64,000 nt of DNA from positions 15,939 to 79,938 of the forward strand of contig CAVZKO010000007.1 in NCBI GenBank assembly GCA_963775855.1, written 5' to 3'. Positions 49,394 to 58,023 of the stretch are shown here, in pieces. The translations under genes were made by a program, and so were the position numbers. This DNA is from an uncultured Chloroflexia bacterium. Lineage in GTDB: Bacteria; Chloroflexota; Limnocylindria; Limnocylindrales; CSP1-4. The notes beneath the pieces are model-generated. The model was not told the origin of the DNA. It saw only the letters and a list, made by a program, of their open reading frames with translations, and made no database searches. Within the stretch, counting starts at the first letter, position 1. Every line of letters starts with the position of its first letter.

Positions 49394-50463
49394 GCGACAT
49401 CCTTCGCGCCAACCGAGTCACCAAGCGCTTCGGCGGGCTCGTCGCCGTCAACAACATCGACTTCTCGATCCCGGAGAAGTCGATCGTGAGCCTCATCGGC
49501 CCGAACGGTGCCGGCAAGACGACGTTCTTCAACATCATCGCCGGCATCTACGATCCGACCGCCGGCGAGATCGAGTTCCACGGGCGCAAGGTCATCGCTC
49601 GATCTCGGCGGGCGTGGCTCGAACCGGTCCTCTGGGTCCTCCCGGCGACGGTCGTCGCCGTCATCACGCTGATCCTCGGTTCCGAGTCGCGTAGTGAGCA
49701 GTCGATCATCAGCGGGCTTGCCCTGACGATCATCGCGTTGATGGCGGCGATGCTGATCGGGGTCGCGCGACCGCCGATCTACCAGCGATTCCTCGGAAAG
49801 TTCGGCATCTTCAAGAGCGCTCGGCCGAACGACATGGTCGTCGAGGGCCTCGGCCGGACGTTCCAGAACATCCGCCTGTTCGCGAACATGAGCGCGATGG
49901 AGAACGTGCTGGTCGGCCTGCACACGAAGCTGAGCACGACGTGGATCGACGCGCTGCTGTCGACCCCCAGGGACCGCCGCGAGGAGCGGACCGCTCGCGT
50001 CCGGGGACGCGAGCTGCTCGCGCTGGTCGGCCTCAAGGGGCGCGACGAACAGCTAGCCAAGAACCTGCCCTACGGAGATCAGCGCCGGCTCGAGATCGCC
50101 AGGGCGCTGGGCTCCAATCCGAGGCTCCTGCTCCTCGACGAGCCGACCGCCGGGATGAACCCGCGCGAGACGCTCCAGCTGACCGGCCTCATCAGCCGGC
50201 TGCGCTCTGACCTGGGGCTGACCATCCTTCTCATCGAGCACGATATGCGCGTCGTCATGGAGATCAGCGACCGGGTAACAGTCCTCGATCACGGCGAGCG
50301 GATCGCCGAGGGGACCCCGGACGAAGTCCGTCGCAACCCGAAGGTCATCGAGGCCTACCTGGGGACGCCACCGGTCGACGCCGAAACCTCGCCAGCGGCC
50401 ACGGAGGACGCCGCACCAGCTCCTCCGACCGCACCGGCCGCGCCCGAGGGATCTGAACCGTGA
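49390..50463 (+). CDS. livG: Branched-chain amino acid ABC ATPase with ~74-aa insertion carrying two hydrophobic helices
   Basis: GPNGAGKTT, RTFQNIRLF, LPYGDQRRLEIARAL, LLLDEP, IEHDM, VIEAYLG. Confidence 0.93.
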   Translation: MSDILRANRVTKRFGGLVAVNNIDFSIPEKSIVSLIGPNGAGKTTFFNIIAGIYDPTAGEIEFHGRKVIARSRRAWLEPVLWVLPATVVAVITLILGSESRSEQSIISGLALTIIALMAAMLIGVARPPIYQRFLGKFGIFKSARPNDMVVEGLGRTFQNIRLFANMSAMENVLVGLHTKLSTTWIDALLSTPRDRREERTARVRGRELLALVGLKGRDEQLAKNLPYGDQRRLEIARALGSNPRLLLLDEPTAGMNPRETLQLTGLISRLRSDLGLTILLIEHDMRVVMEISDRVTVLDHGERIAEGTPDEVRRNPKVIEAYLGTPPVDAETSPAATEDAAPAPPTAPAAPEGSEP

Positions 50464-51191
50464 CCGCCGTGAACGGCGGCGCGCCGATGCTCGCGCTCGA
50501 CGACGTCAACACCTACTACGGCCACATCCACGCCCTCCGGGGCATCTCGCTGAGCGTCAACCAGGGCGAGATCGTGACGCTGATCGGAGCGAACGGGGCG
50601 GGCAAGACCACCACCCTCAAGACGATCAGCGGCTTGCTCCATCCACGCCAGGGCAGCGTGTCGTTCGAGGGCAAGGACATCTCGAGGACCTCGGCCCACG
50701 AGCTTGTCAGGGTGGGCATCGGCCAGTCGCCGGAGGGTCGCCGGATCTTCTCGCGCCTCACGGTCATCGAGAACCTCCAGATGGGCGCCTTCACCCGCAA
50801 CATGAAGGAGATCGGTCCCGACATCGACCGCGTCTTCGAGCTCTTCCCGCGCCTCCGCGAGCGCACGCATCAACAGGGCGGGACGCTGTCCGGCGGCGAG
50901 CAGCAAATGCTCGCGATCGGCCGCGCGCTCATGTCCGAGCCGCGGCTGCTGCTTCTCGATGAACCGTCGCTCGGGCTCGCTCCGATTCTCGTGCAGCAGG
51001 TGTTCGAGAAGATCCGCGAGATCAACAAGCAGGGCACGACAATCCTGCTGGTCGAGCAGAACGCGCTTCAGGCGTTGTCCATTGGGCACCGAGGCTACGT
51101 CCTGCAGACCGGCGAGGTCGTCCTGACGGGGCCGGCCAGCGACCTCATCCGCAACGAGATGGTCCGCAAGGCGTATCTGGGCGAACATTAG
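50460..51191 (+). CDS. livF: Branched-chain amino acid ABC ATPase
   Basis: GANGAGKTT, PEGRRIF, LSGGEQQMLAIGRAL, LVEQNA. Confidence 0.96.
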   Translation: MTAVNGGAPMLALDDVNTYYGHIHALRGISLSVNQGEIVTLIGANGAGKTTTLKTISGLLHPRQGSVSFEGKDISRTSAHELVRVGIGQSPEGRRIFSRLTVIENLQMGAFTRNMKEIGPDIDRVFELFPRLRERTHQQGGTLSGGEQQMLAIGRALMSEPRLLLLDEPSLGLAPILVQQVFEKIREINKQGTTILLVEQNALQALSIGHRGYVLQTGEVVLTGPASDLIRNEMVRKAYLGEH

Positions 51192-51243
51192 GACCTGAGG
51201 CGTCGCCCAACTGACGACCGGACGACGCCCGGCGAGGAAGGCG

Positions 51244-51969
51244 ATGATCGACAACATCGAACCGATTCGGGCTGCCGAGGCCCGTAGGTTCGAGGCGCGC
51301 CTCGCCGGCGACGACCGGTCCCCGTTCATGGTCGCGGCCCTCGTGGCAGCGTTCGTCGCGCTCGCGATCCTGAAGCCATGGGCCGAGGCCGGGTCGCCTG
51401 GCACGCCCGCCGGCGTCGGCGACGGCACGAACCCGGCGGCGCAGGGTGCGCCGGGTGAACCACACTCCAGCGGACTCGCGGTCCGTACGCCGACCGATGA
51501 CGCGATCTCGGAGATGTGCCTCGAACCGGGGTCGTGGCGGACGGCGACGATCGAAACCTGGCGCGACCAGACCGTGCGCGTCTGGCGGGCCATCGACCCG
51601 GGCCCCGCCACCCGGCCGCTCGACCCGTCGATCACCATCGTACCGGCGGTCGGCTCGTCAATTCCGGCGCTCGGCTACTGCGCGCCGACGACTGGTCCGG
51701 AGCAGCCCCAGGGACCGGCCACGATCCGCGCCTGGTGGGTCGATGGCGACGCCGTCGAACGCCTCGAACTGAGACAGATCACCCCGATCTCGGGCGTCTC
51801 GCCGTTCGGGGCGCTGTTCGGGCCGCCTGCCGAACTCGGTGCGACGACCAGCTGGCCGAACGGACTGGTCGTCTTCCGCTACGAGGAGCGCGGAGCCGGC
51901 CAATCACGATGGTTCGGGATCGAGGTCAGCGGGACGAAGGAGAACGGGCCGCCCTCGACGACGCCGTAG
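51244..51969 (+). CDS. Hypothetical membrane-anchored extracellular protein
   Basis: N-terminal TM ending LAILKPW, Pro-rich linker, Cys pair, beta-rich C-terminus WPNGLVVF. Confidence 0.65.
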   Translation: MIDNIEPIRAAEARRFEARLAGDDRSPFMVAALVAAFVALAILKPWAEAGSPGTPAGVGDGTNPAAQGAPGEPHSSGLAVRTPTDDAISEMCLEPGSWRTATIETWRDQTVRVWRAIDPGPATRPLDPSITIVPAVGSSIPALGYCAPTTGPEQPQGPATIRAWWVDGDAVERLELRQITPISGVSPFGALFGPPAELGATTSWPNGLVVFRYEERGAGQSRWFGIEVSGTKENGPPSTTP

Positions 51970-52011
51970 GAACGCCAGCACGCCCGCGCGAGCCCGCGGT
52001 TGCGGGCCGCC

Positions 52012-52431
52012 TCAGCGGTAGGCCGGCTCCCTGGCGATCTCGTAGGCCGCCCGGCTGAAGATGACGAGGCCCAGGGCGGCGATCCACAGTCCCGGACCGC
52101 GATCGGGGAAGACGGCCTGCACGTTGACCGCCGCGAGGCTGACGAGCCGGAGGACAAGCCCCATCCAGCCCACGATGAGGAGGGCAATGTAAGAGAGAGT
52201 CCGATCGATCGCCAGCGGACGATCGCTGGCATACGGCAACGTGACGAGAGCGATCGTCCCGAGGGCCGAAAAGATCACGAGGATTCCACTCCCCGAGAAC
52301 GCGTTCTGCGAGGTCGCCGGCAACCCGCTGCCACCGCCGACCTGCCACCAGGGCAGAACGCAGCCGACGAGGATGATGGCTGCGGCGAGGGCGGCGAGCC
52401 TCCGGCCGCGACCGAGGGGGCGTCGGTGCAT
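52012..52431 (-). CDS. Hypothetical 4-TM membrane protein
   Basis: GCVLPWW...PDRGPGLW; directly downstream of hpt. Confidence 0.7.
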   Translation of the reverse strand: MHRRPLGRGRRLAALAAAIILVGCVLPWWQVGGGSGLPATSQNAFSGSGILVIFSALGTIALVTLPYASDRPLAIDRTLSYIALLIVGWMGLVLRLVSLAAVNVQAVFPDRGPGLWIAALGLVIFSRAAYEIAREPAYR

Positions 52432-52432
52432 C

Positions 52433-52996
52433 TCAGTCGCCCGTGTAGACCTCGGGGCGGAGGACGCCCACGAAACGGAGGTTGCGGTAGAACTCGCCGT
52501 AGTCGAGGCCGTAGCCGACGACGAACTGATCCGGGATCGTGAACCCGATGTAGTCGACCGGGATGTCGACGAGCCGTCGGGCCGGCTTGTCGAGAAGGGT
52601 GCAGATCCGGAGCGAGCGAGGGTTCTTGCCGCGCAGGTAGCGCAGGAGATAGTTGAGCGTCAGCCCGGTATCGATGATGTCCTCGACGATCAGGACATCC
52701 TCACCCTCGATGCTGGCCGAGAGGTCCTTGAGGATCCGGACGAGGCCGGAGGACTCGGTCCCCGTCCCGCCGTAGGACGAGACCTCCATGAGATCGATGC
52801 GAACGGGGACCGGGATAGCGCGCATGAGGTCGGCCATGAACGGGAGTGAACCCTTGAGCACCGACACGAGCGTCAGCGGCCGGTCGGTATAGTCCGCCCC
52901 GATCCGGCGGCCGAGCTCGGCGATCTTTGCCTGGATCGCCTCTTCCGTGACTAGCACGTCGCCGACATCGGCGACCAGGTCGATCGGCCTGGTCAT
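52433..52996 (-). CDS. hpt: Hypoxanthine phosphoribosyltransferase
   Basis: VLKGS, VSSY, VLIVEDIIDTGLTL PRPP motif, FVVGYGLDY...RNL. Confidence 0.97.
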   Translation of the reverse strand: MTRPIDLVADVGDVLVTEEAIQAKIAELGRRIGADYTDRPLTLVSVLKGSLPFMADLMRAIPVPVRIDLMEVSSYGGTGTESSGLVRILKDLSASIEGEDVLIVEDIIDTGLTLNYLLRYLRGKNPRSLRICTLLDKPARRLVDIPVDYIGFTIPDQFVVGYGLDYGEFYRNLRFVGVLRPEVYTGD

Positions 52997-53613
52997 GGCT
53001 CGACGGTCGGCTCGACGACCGGATCACCCGGCCCGCTCGGGTCCTCGACGTCGGCCGTGACTGCGGCTGGGGTCCGCTCCGGAATGACCTGGCCGGGGGT
53101 GCCGGACATCTCGTCGATGAGCGCGTGCTTGCCGAACTTGAGCATGAGCGCCCGGAAGTCGCGAGCGTAGAACAGCTTCACTCGCAGGTCCGGGTAGAGC
53201 TCGAGGACGCGGCGGAGCTTCCGGTTCTTCTTCCGGACGAGCTTCTGTCGCAGGGTCGTCATCTCGAGGTACAGGTCCAGATCGGGCAGCCAGAAATCGG
53301 GCGAGAAGCTCTCGACGACGGTCCCGTCGAGGTTCCAGAGGATCGGGAACGTGTGCGGTTCGTACTCCCAGCGAACCTGGTAGAAGTCGAGGATCCGCGC
53401 CATCTCCGCTTCGCTCGCGTGGGCGAATGCGGGAGTCGGGGGCGGCGGAAGCTCTTCGCCGGCGTTCGATTTGTGGAGCGGCTCGGTGGGTGGCGCGTCG
53501 TCGGTCGGGCGCGGGCCCTTCGGGTCCAGCTCGGGTGCCAGCCGGGACGGGAGCGCCGCTGCCCGACGAGCCCGGCGGCTGGACCCCGATCCGGCCGCGG
53601 AGGTCGCCGTCAC
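52993..53613 (-). CDS. Conserved hypothetical PD-(D/E)XK-like protein coupled to hpt
   Basis: FAHASEAEMARILDFY..WEYEP..F...FSPDFWLPDLDLYLEMTT...KNRK; ATGA overlap with hpt. Confidence 0.7.
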   Translation of the reverse strand: MTATSAAGSGSSRRARRAAALPSRLAPELDPKGPRPTDDAPPTEPLHKSNAGEELPPPPTPAFAHASEAEMARILDFYQVRWEYEPHTFPILWNLDGTVVESFSPDFWLPDLDLYLEMTTLRQKLVRKKNRKLRRVLELYPDLRVKLFYARDFRALMLKFGKHALIDEMSGTPGQVIPERTPAAVTADVEDPSGPGDPVVEPTVEP

Positions 53614-53973
53614 GCCCGCGACCCGCCGCCCCGTGCGTCCCGCGATGGGCCGACGAACGCGGCCAGGTCACCCCGTTCGAGGAGCTCGCGGACCGTTCGG
53701 ATGTCGTCCGCGCCAATCGGCAGCGCCTCGCGGAACCGCGCGTCGTCGGCGGGCAGGAACTCCCCGTAACGGGCGTCCGAGCCGGCCTCGCCGCCGCCCG
53801 AATTCGACGATGATTCCGAGCGACTCGCTTTTGCATTGCGTACAGTCGAGCTCGACGAACATCAAATCGTCGCGGCTGGCGAGAACGCGGATGCGTTCGA
53901 AGGGGACGAGCTGGCCGCAGACGCCGCAGTCGACGCCGTTCGCGAACGGAGGGAGGCGGTCGCGCGGGTCCAT
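53610..53973 (-). CDS. Zinc-ribbon (CxxC...CxxC) protein; frameshift near 53795
   Basis: CGVC...CTQC; the shifted frame continues YGEFLPADDARF...PIGADDIRTVRELL to a TGA overlapping the next GTG. Confidence 0.65.
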
Positions 53974-54032
53974 CGGCGGTCAGTCTACTGCCTCATGCTT
54001 TGAAGCGCCTCGAACCGTCCGGATTGCGGCCG

Positions 54033-54051
54033 GATACCCCCAGGGGGTATC
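54033..54051. promoter_or_regulatory. CsoR-type operator
   Basis: Perfect palindrome GATACCCCC-A-GGGGGTATC with C/G tracts upstream of csoR. Confidence 0.85.
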
Positions 54052-54100
54052 ATCGAACGACGCCCGCGCCGGGCGCCGCGCCAGAGCAGGGAGGCCACAC

Positions 54101-54454
54101 GTGCCACAGCCCAACGGCCGCACGGGGGCCGAACCAACGCCCGAGCACTTCCGCCACTCCTACTCGAAGGACAAGGCCGGCCTCGTGCGTCGCCTGTCGA
54201 GGATGGAGGGCCAGGTCCGCGGGATCGCCCGGATGATCGAACGCGAGGAGTACTGCGTCGACATCCTCCAGCAGACTGCCGCGCTGCGAGCCGCCGTCGA
54301 TGCCGTCTCGGTGCTGGTCCTGGAGGACCACGTCCAGGGTTGCATCCGCACGGCAGCGGAGCGAGGCGAGGCGGATCAGTACGTGGACGAGGTGATCGAC
54401 GTCGTTCGGCGGACCCTCGGCCGGCCCGTCCGCGGGAGCGGTCGCTCCGCCTGA
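54101..54454 (+). CDS. csoR: CsoR/RcnR family metal-sensing repressor
   Basis: RLSRMEGQVRGIARMIE.EEYC.DIL.Q...LEDHVQGC (C-H-C ligand set); GGAGG RBS. Confidence 0.9.
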   Translation: MPQPNGRTGAEPTPEHFRHSYSKDKAGLVRRLSRMEGQVRGIARMIEREEYCVDILQQTAALRAAVDAVSVLVLEDHVQGCIRTAAERGEADQYVDEVIDVVRRTLGRPVRGSGRSA

Positions 54455-54578
54455 CCGGTACTTCCGTATAGCGTCGGGGACCCGACGGGGGATGTCCTGC
54501 GCGCACCACGACGCGGACGATTGGGTTGACCGATCGGTCGCCACCGCTCCGACCCGACGGAGCGACCTCAGGGGTCAG

Positions 54579-56186
54579 ATGCTCGATCCGCGCCTGCCGC
54601 GAATACCGGCCCAGCCGCCTGCTGTCCCGCCCCCGCCGCCGCTGACCGAGCGGCGTGCGTCGTTTCGACGCGCCGAAGACCGCGAGGCGCACCAGGAGAA
54701 GGTCCTCCTCGCGCGCGCGCTTGACGTGCTCGCGGCCGACACGAGCGCTGAGGCTCGTCTCGCCGGGCTCCTCCGCCTGCTTGCCCGAACGGCCGGCGCG
54801 CACCGAGCGGCCGTGCTCGCCGATGGGATCGAGCGACGCTGCGCCGTTTCGGTCGTGCCGGGCGAGAATCCCGCCGCGGCCGAGGCGCTCGCGAGCTGGC
54901 TCGACGCGCGAGCCACACGCTCCAGGGCAGAACGGGCGGCCTCCGGCGTCGCGCCGATCTCTCTCATCGTCGGCGCCGAGGAACGACGAGCAATCCCGCG
55001 CCCGACTCGCGCCCGACAGGCAGAGGGCGACGAGCCGCAGCCCGAGGATCGGCCCACCGTCTCGCCCGGGCGACCCTCGCCCGAACCCAATGCAGCCAGC
55101 GGCCCGTGGTACGCGATGCTGCCGATCCCGAGCGCCGGGCAGGTCGTCCTCGGGTTCGAATTCGCGGGACCCGGCCGCGCCGATCGCCTGTCCGAGCGCC
55201 TCCCCCCTCAGCTCGCCCGCCACGCGGCGGTGGCCCTGGCCCTCGTGACGGAGCAGCTCGCGACCGATCGCGAGCTGGCCTCCCTCCGCGCCGCCGAGGC
55301 CGAGCGGACACGTTTCGTGTCGACCGTTGCCCACGAGCTGCGCACTCCGTTGACGGGTCTGCGCGGGTACCTCGAGCTGATCCTCGGCGGCAAGGTCGCC
55401 GAGCCGGAGGTCGAACGAGACTTCCTCGAGCGAAGCCTGGGCATCGTCGGCTCGATGGCGGACCTGGTCGACGACCTCCTCGAGCTGGCGCGCCTCGAGT
55501 CGGGCAACCTCGAGCTCGACATCGAGCCCTTCTCCGTCGCCGAGGCCGCGGCGAGGGTCGTCGGCGGACTGCTGCCGATCGCGCTCGAGTGCGACATCCG
55601 CCTCCGGACGACCCTGCCGCCGCGCCTTCAGTCAGCCACGGGTGATCGGCGCCGCGTCGAACAGATCCTGACGAACCTCGTCGCGAATGCACTGAAGTTC
55701 ACCGCCCCTGGCGGCAGCATCGAGCTCACCGCGCGTTTCGACGGCCCCGTCGCGATCATCGCCGTCCTCGACGACGGCACGGGCATCATCGCCGAGGATC
55801 GGGCTCGCATTTTCGAGCGATTCCACCGCCTGGAAGCCCACGAGCGGATCACCGGCACGGGCCTCGGCCTTCCGATCGCTCGCGACCTGGCCCGCCGGAT
55901 GGGCGGCGACCTGGACGTCGCCTCCGTCCCGGGATCGGGATCTGCCTTCATCCTCTCCCTGCCGGGTCCCGCGGCGATCAATTCGACGCTCGTGACGGCG
56001 GCCCTCGACCGCGCTATAGCTTCCGAGGAGATCGGTCTCGAGGAGCGGGCCGTGCTGCGGGCAATGGCCGTCGGGGGTCGCGCCGCCCCCGCTGCAGATG
56101 GAACGTCGGTGGGCCGGTTTGACCCGGCTCGGGCCGTCCCCGGCGAGAGGACCGGGACCAGGCCGGCCGGGCTCCGCCAGGTCTAG
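54579..56186 (+). CDS. Cytoplasmic sensor histidine kinase (degenerate GAF-like + HisKA + HATPase_c)
   Basis: VAHELRTPLT H-box, QILTNLVANALKF N-box, DDGTGI, FERF, GTGLGL; no TM; no adjacent response regulator. Confidence 0.9.
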   Translation: MLDPRLPRIPAQPPAVPPPPPLTERRASFRRAEDREAHQEKVLLARALDVLAADTSAEARLAGLLRLLARTAGAHRAAVLADGIERRCAVSVVPGENPAAAEALASWLDARATRSRAERAASGVAPISLIVGAEERRAIPRPTRARQAEGDEPQPEDRPTVSPGRPSPEPNAASGPWYAMLPIPSAGQVVLGFEFAGPGRADRLSERLPPQLARHAAVALALVTEQLATDRELASLRAAEAERTRFVSTVAHELRTPLTGLRGYLELILGGKVAEPEVERDFLERSLGIVGSMADLVDDLLELARLESGNLELDIEPFSVAEAAARVVGGLLPIALECDIRLRTTLPPRLQSATGDRRRVEQILTNLVANALKFTAPGGSIELTARFDGPVAIIAVLDDGTGIIAEDRARIFERFHRLEAHERITGTGLGLPIARDLARRMGGDLDVASVPGSGSAFILSLPGPAAINSTLVTAALDRAIASEEIGLEERAVLRAMAVGGRAAPAADGTSVGRFDPARAVPGERTGTRPAGLRQV

Positions 56187-56216
56187 CGGCTCCCGGCCGC
56201 CGACACCGAGTCGACG

Positions 56217-56291
56217 TTATCCACAACCTCGCGTTGTCCCCCGTTTTGGTGGATAACCCCGTTGACTGGGGCCTCCGACGCCCGGTAGTCT
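56217..56291 (+). promoter_or_regulatory. DnaA-box cluster upstream of a sigma70-like promoter of the rsmG operon
   Basis: TTATCCACA (56217-56225, perfect), TTGTCCCCC (56234-56242, weak), reverse TTATCCACC (56248-56256); TTGACT-18-TAGTCT at 56262-56291. Confidence 0.65.
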
Positions 56292-56465
56292 CCGGCATCC
56301 GCACTACGGTCACTCGGGTACTGAGACCTGCGAGGGGCACGGGGAGACCCGGCCGCGAACCGGACAAGTCACGGAAGACCGAGGCCCGACCGGCGGTGCG
56401 ACAAACGACGACGCCGGGAGCGGCTCCCGGACGGCCCCGAGAGGCACAGCCAACAGGAGGGGTGC

Positions 56466-57254
56466 CTGGACCGTCCGCGGGAACCGCTCCCGACGCGCGT
56501 TGAGACCCTTCCACCGCTTCCGGGCGAATTCAACGACGCCCTCGAGCCGGGGCTGCGCGACCTCGGGCTGGACCTGACCCCCGAGGCCCGCCGGATCATC
56601 GGCGACCACGTCCGGCTGCTGCTCGCCTGGAACGCGGCGATCAACCTGACGTCGATTCGCGACCCAGGGTCGATCGCGATTCGCCACGTGGTCGACAGCC
56701 TGGCGGCCGTCCCGCTTCTCCTGGGGCGGCGGGTCGGCGGGTCGAAGATCGACGCCTTCGTCGACCTCGGCAGTGGTGGTGGATTTCCGGGAGTCCCGCT
56801 GGCGGCGGTCATCCCTGGAACGCGCGCGGCCCTCGTCGAGTCAGTCGGCAAGAAGGCCACATTCCTGGCAACAGTCGTCGAGGCTACGGGACTGGCCCCG
56901 CGGGTCACCGTCTCCGGCACGAGATCGGAGGACCTGGCGCGGGACCCTGAGCATCGAGAGCGGTGGCCCCTCGTGACCGTCCGGGCCGTCGGCGGCCTCG
57001 ACGAGCTCGTCGAGCTCGCCTTTCCGCTGCTCGTCCCGGGCGGCATGCTCGTCGCCTGGAAGGGCGGCGACATCGTCGACGAAACAGCGGCCGCTCTCCG
57101 CGCGGTTCCCGAGTTGGGCGGCGGACGAATCGAGGCGATCCCTGTCCGGGCCAGCGGCCTGGAAGGGCATCGCCTCGTCGTCGTCACGAAGCGCGGCCGG
57201 ACCGCCGACGGCTACCCGCGAGATCCGGCGGCGCGGCGGCGCCGGCCGTGGTGA
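56466..57254 (+). CDS. rsmG: 16S rRNA m7G527 methyltransferase
   Basis: LLLAWNAAINLTSI, RHVVDSL, DLGSGGGFPGVPL, VESVGKKATFL, VRAV, WKG, YPR; frame open upstream to a CTG after AGGAGG. Confidence 0.93.
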   Translation: MDRPREPLPTRVETLPPLPGEFNDALEPGLRDLGLDLTPEARRIIGDHVRLLLAWNAAINLTSIRDPGSIAIRHVVDSLAAVPLLLGRRVGGSKIDAFVDLGSGGGFPGVPLAAVIPGTRAALVESVGKKATFLATVVEATGLAPRVTVSGTRSEDLARDPEHRERWPLVTVRAVGGLDELVELAFPLLVPGGMLVAWKGGDIVDETAAALRAVPELGGGRIEAIPVRASGLEGHRLVVVTKRGRTADGYPRDPAARRRRPW

Positions 57255-57290
57255 GGCTCATCGGTCCATCGCCCCTGCTAGGCTGATCCC

Positions 57291-58013
57291 GTGCGCGTCG
57301 CCGTCCTTTCGGACATTCATGCCAACCTGGCGGCCCTCGACGCGGTGATCGCATCCTTCGGTTCGGTGGACGCCGTCTGGCACCTCGGTGACGTCGTCGG
57401 CTATGGCCCCGAACCGGACGGCGTCGTCGAGCGCCTGGCCGGCATCGGAGCGGTCGGCGTGCGTGGTAACCATGACGCGGCGGCAGTCGGCGGCGATGAG
57501 ATCGAATGGTTCAACCCCGACGCTCGGGCGGCCATGGAGTGGACCCGCCGCCGGATCGCCGACACGACGCGGGCCTGGCTGACCGCACTCCCGACGCGCC
57601 ACGCCGACGGTCAGTTCGGCCTGGTCCATGGCAGCCCCCGCGAGCCGCTCTGGGAGTACATCGTCTCGGTGCCCGTGGCCAGGGCCAACCTGGCTGCCCT
57701 GACGACCGAGTTCGGGCTGTATGGCCATACCCATCTGCCGATGGTCTACGCCGAGCGCGATGGCGGGGTAGAGCAGATCGAGCCGGCCGACGGTTCGAGG
57801 TTCACCCTTGCTGGCGGCGGGGCGCTGATCAACCCGGGCAGCGTCGGTCAGCCACGGGATGGCATCGTGACCGCGAGCTATCTCGTCCTGGACACGGACG
57901 CCGGTCACTGCACGTGGCGAAGGACGCCCTACGACATCGAGGCCGTGCAGGCGGCGATGCGAGCGGACGGCCTGCCGGTGCGCCTCGTGGATCGCCTCGC
58001 GTACGGCCTGTGA
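57291..58013 (+). CDS. Calcineurin-like metallophosphoesterase (YfcE/MJ0912-like)
   Basis: SDIHAN, LGDVVGYG, RGNHD, HGSP, GHTH, NPGSVGQPRD. Confidence 0.92.
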   Translation: MRVAVLSDIHANLAALDAVIASFGSVDAVWHLGDVVGYGPEPDGVVERLAGIGAVGVRGNHDAAAVGGDEIEWFNPDARAAMEWTRRRIADTTRAWLTALPTRHADGQFGLVHGSPREPLWEYIVSVPVARANLAALTTEFGLYGHTHLPMVYAERDGGVEQIEPADGSRFTLAGGGALINPGSVGQPRDGIVTASYLVLDTDAGHCTWRRTPYDIEAVQAAMRADGLPVRLVDRLAYGL

Positions 58014-58023
58014 GCGCGTTCGG

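Noticed and set aside
56200-56300. Chromosomal replication origin
   Set aside because: Only 2-3 DnaA boxes, no AT-rich unwinding element, no dnaA or dnaN adjacent
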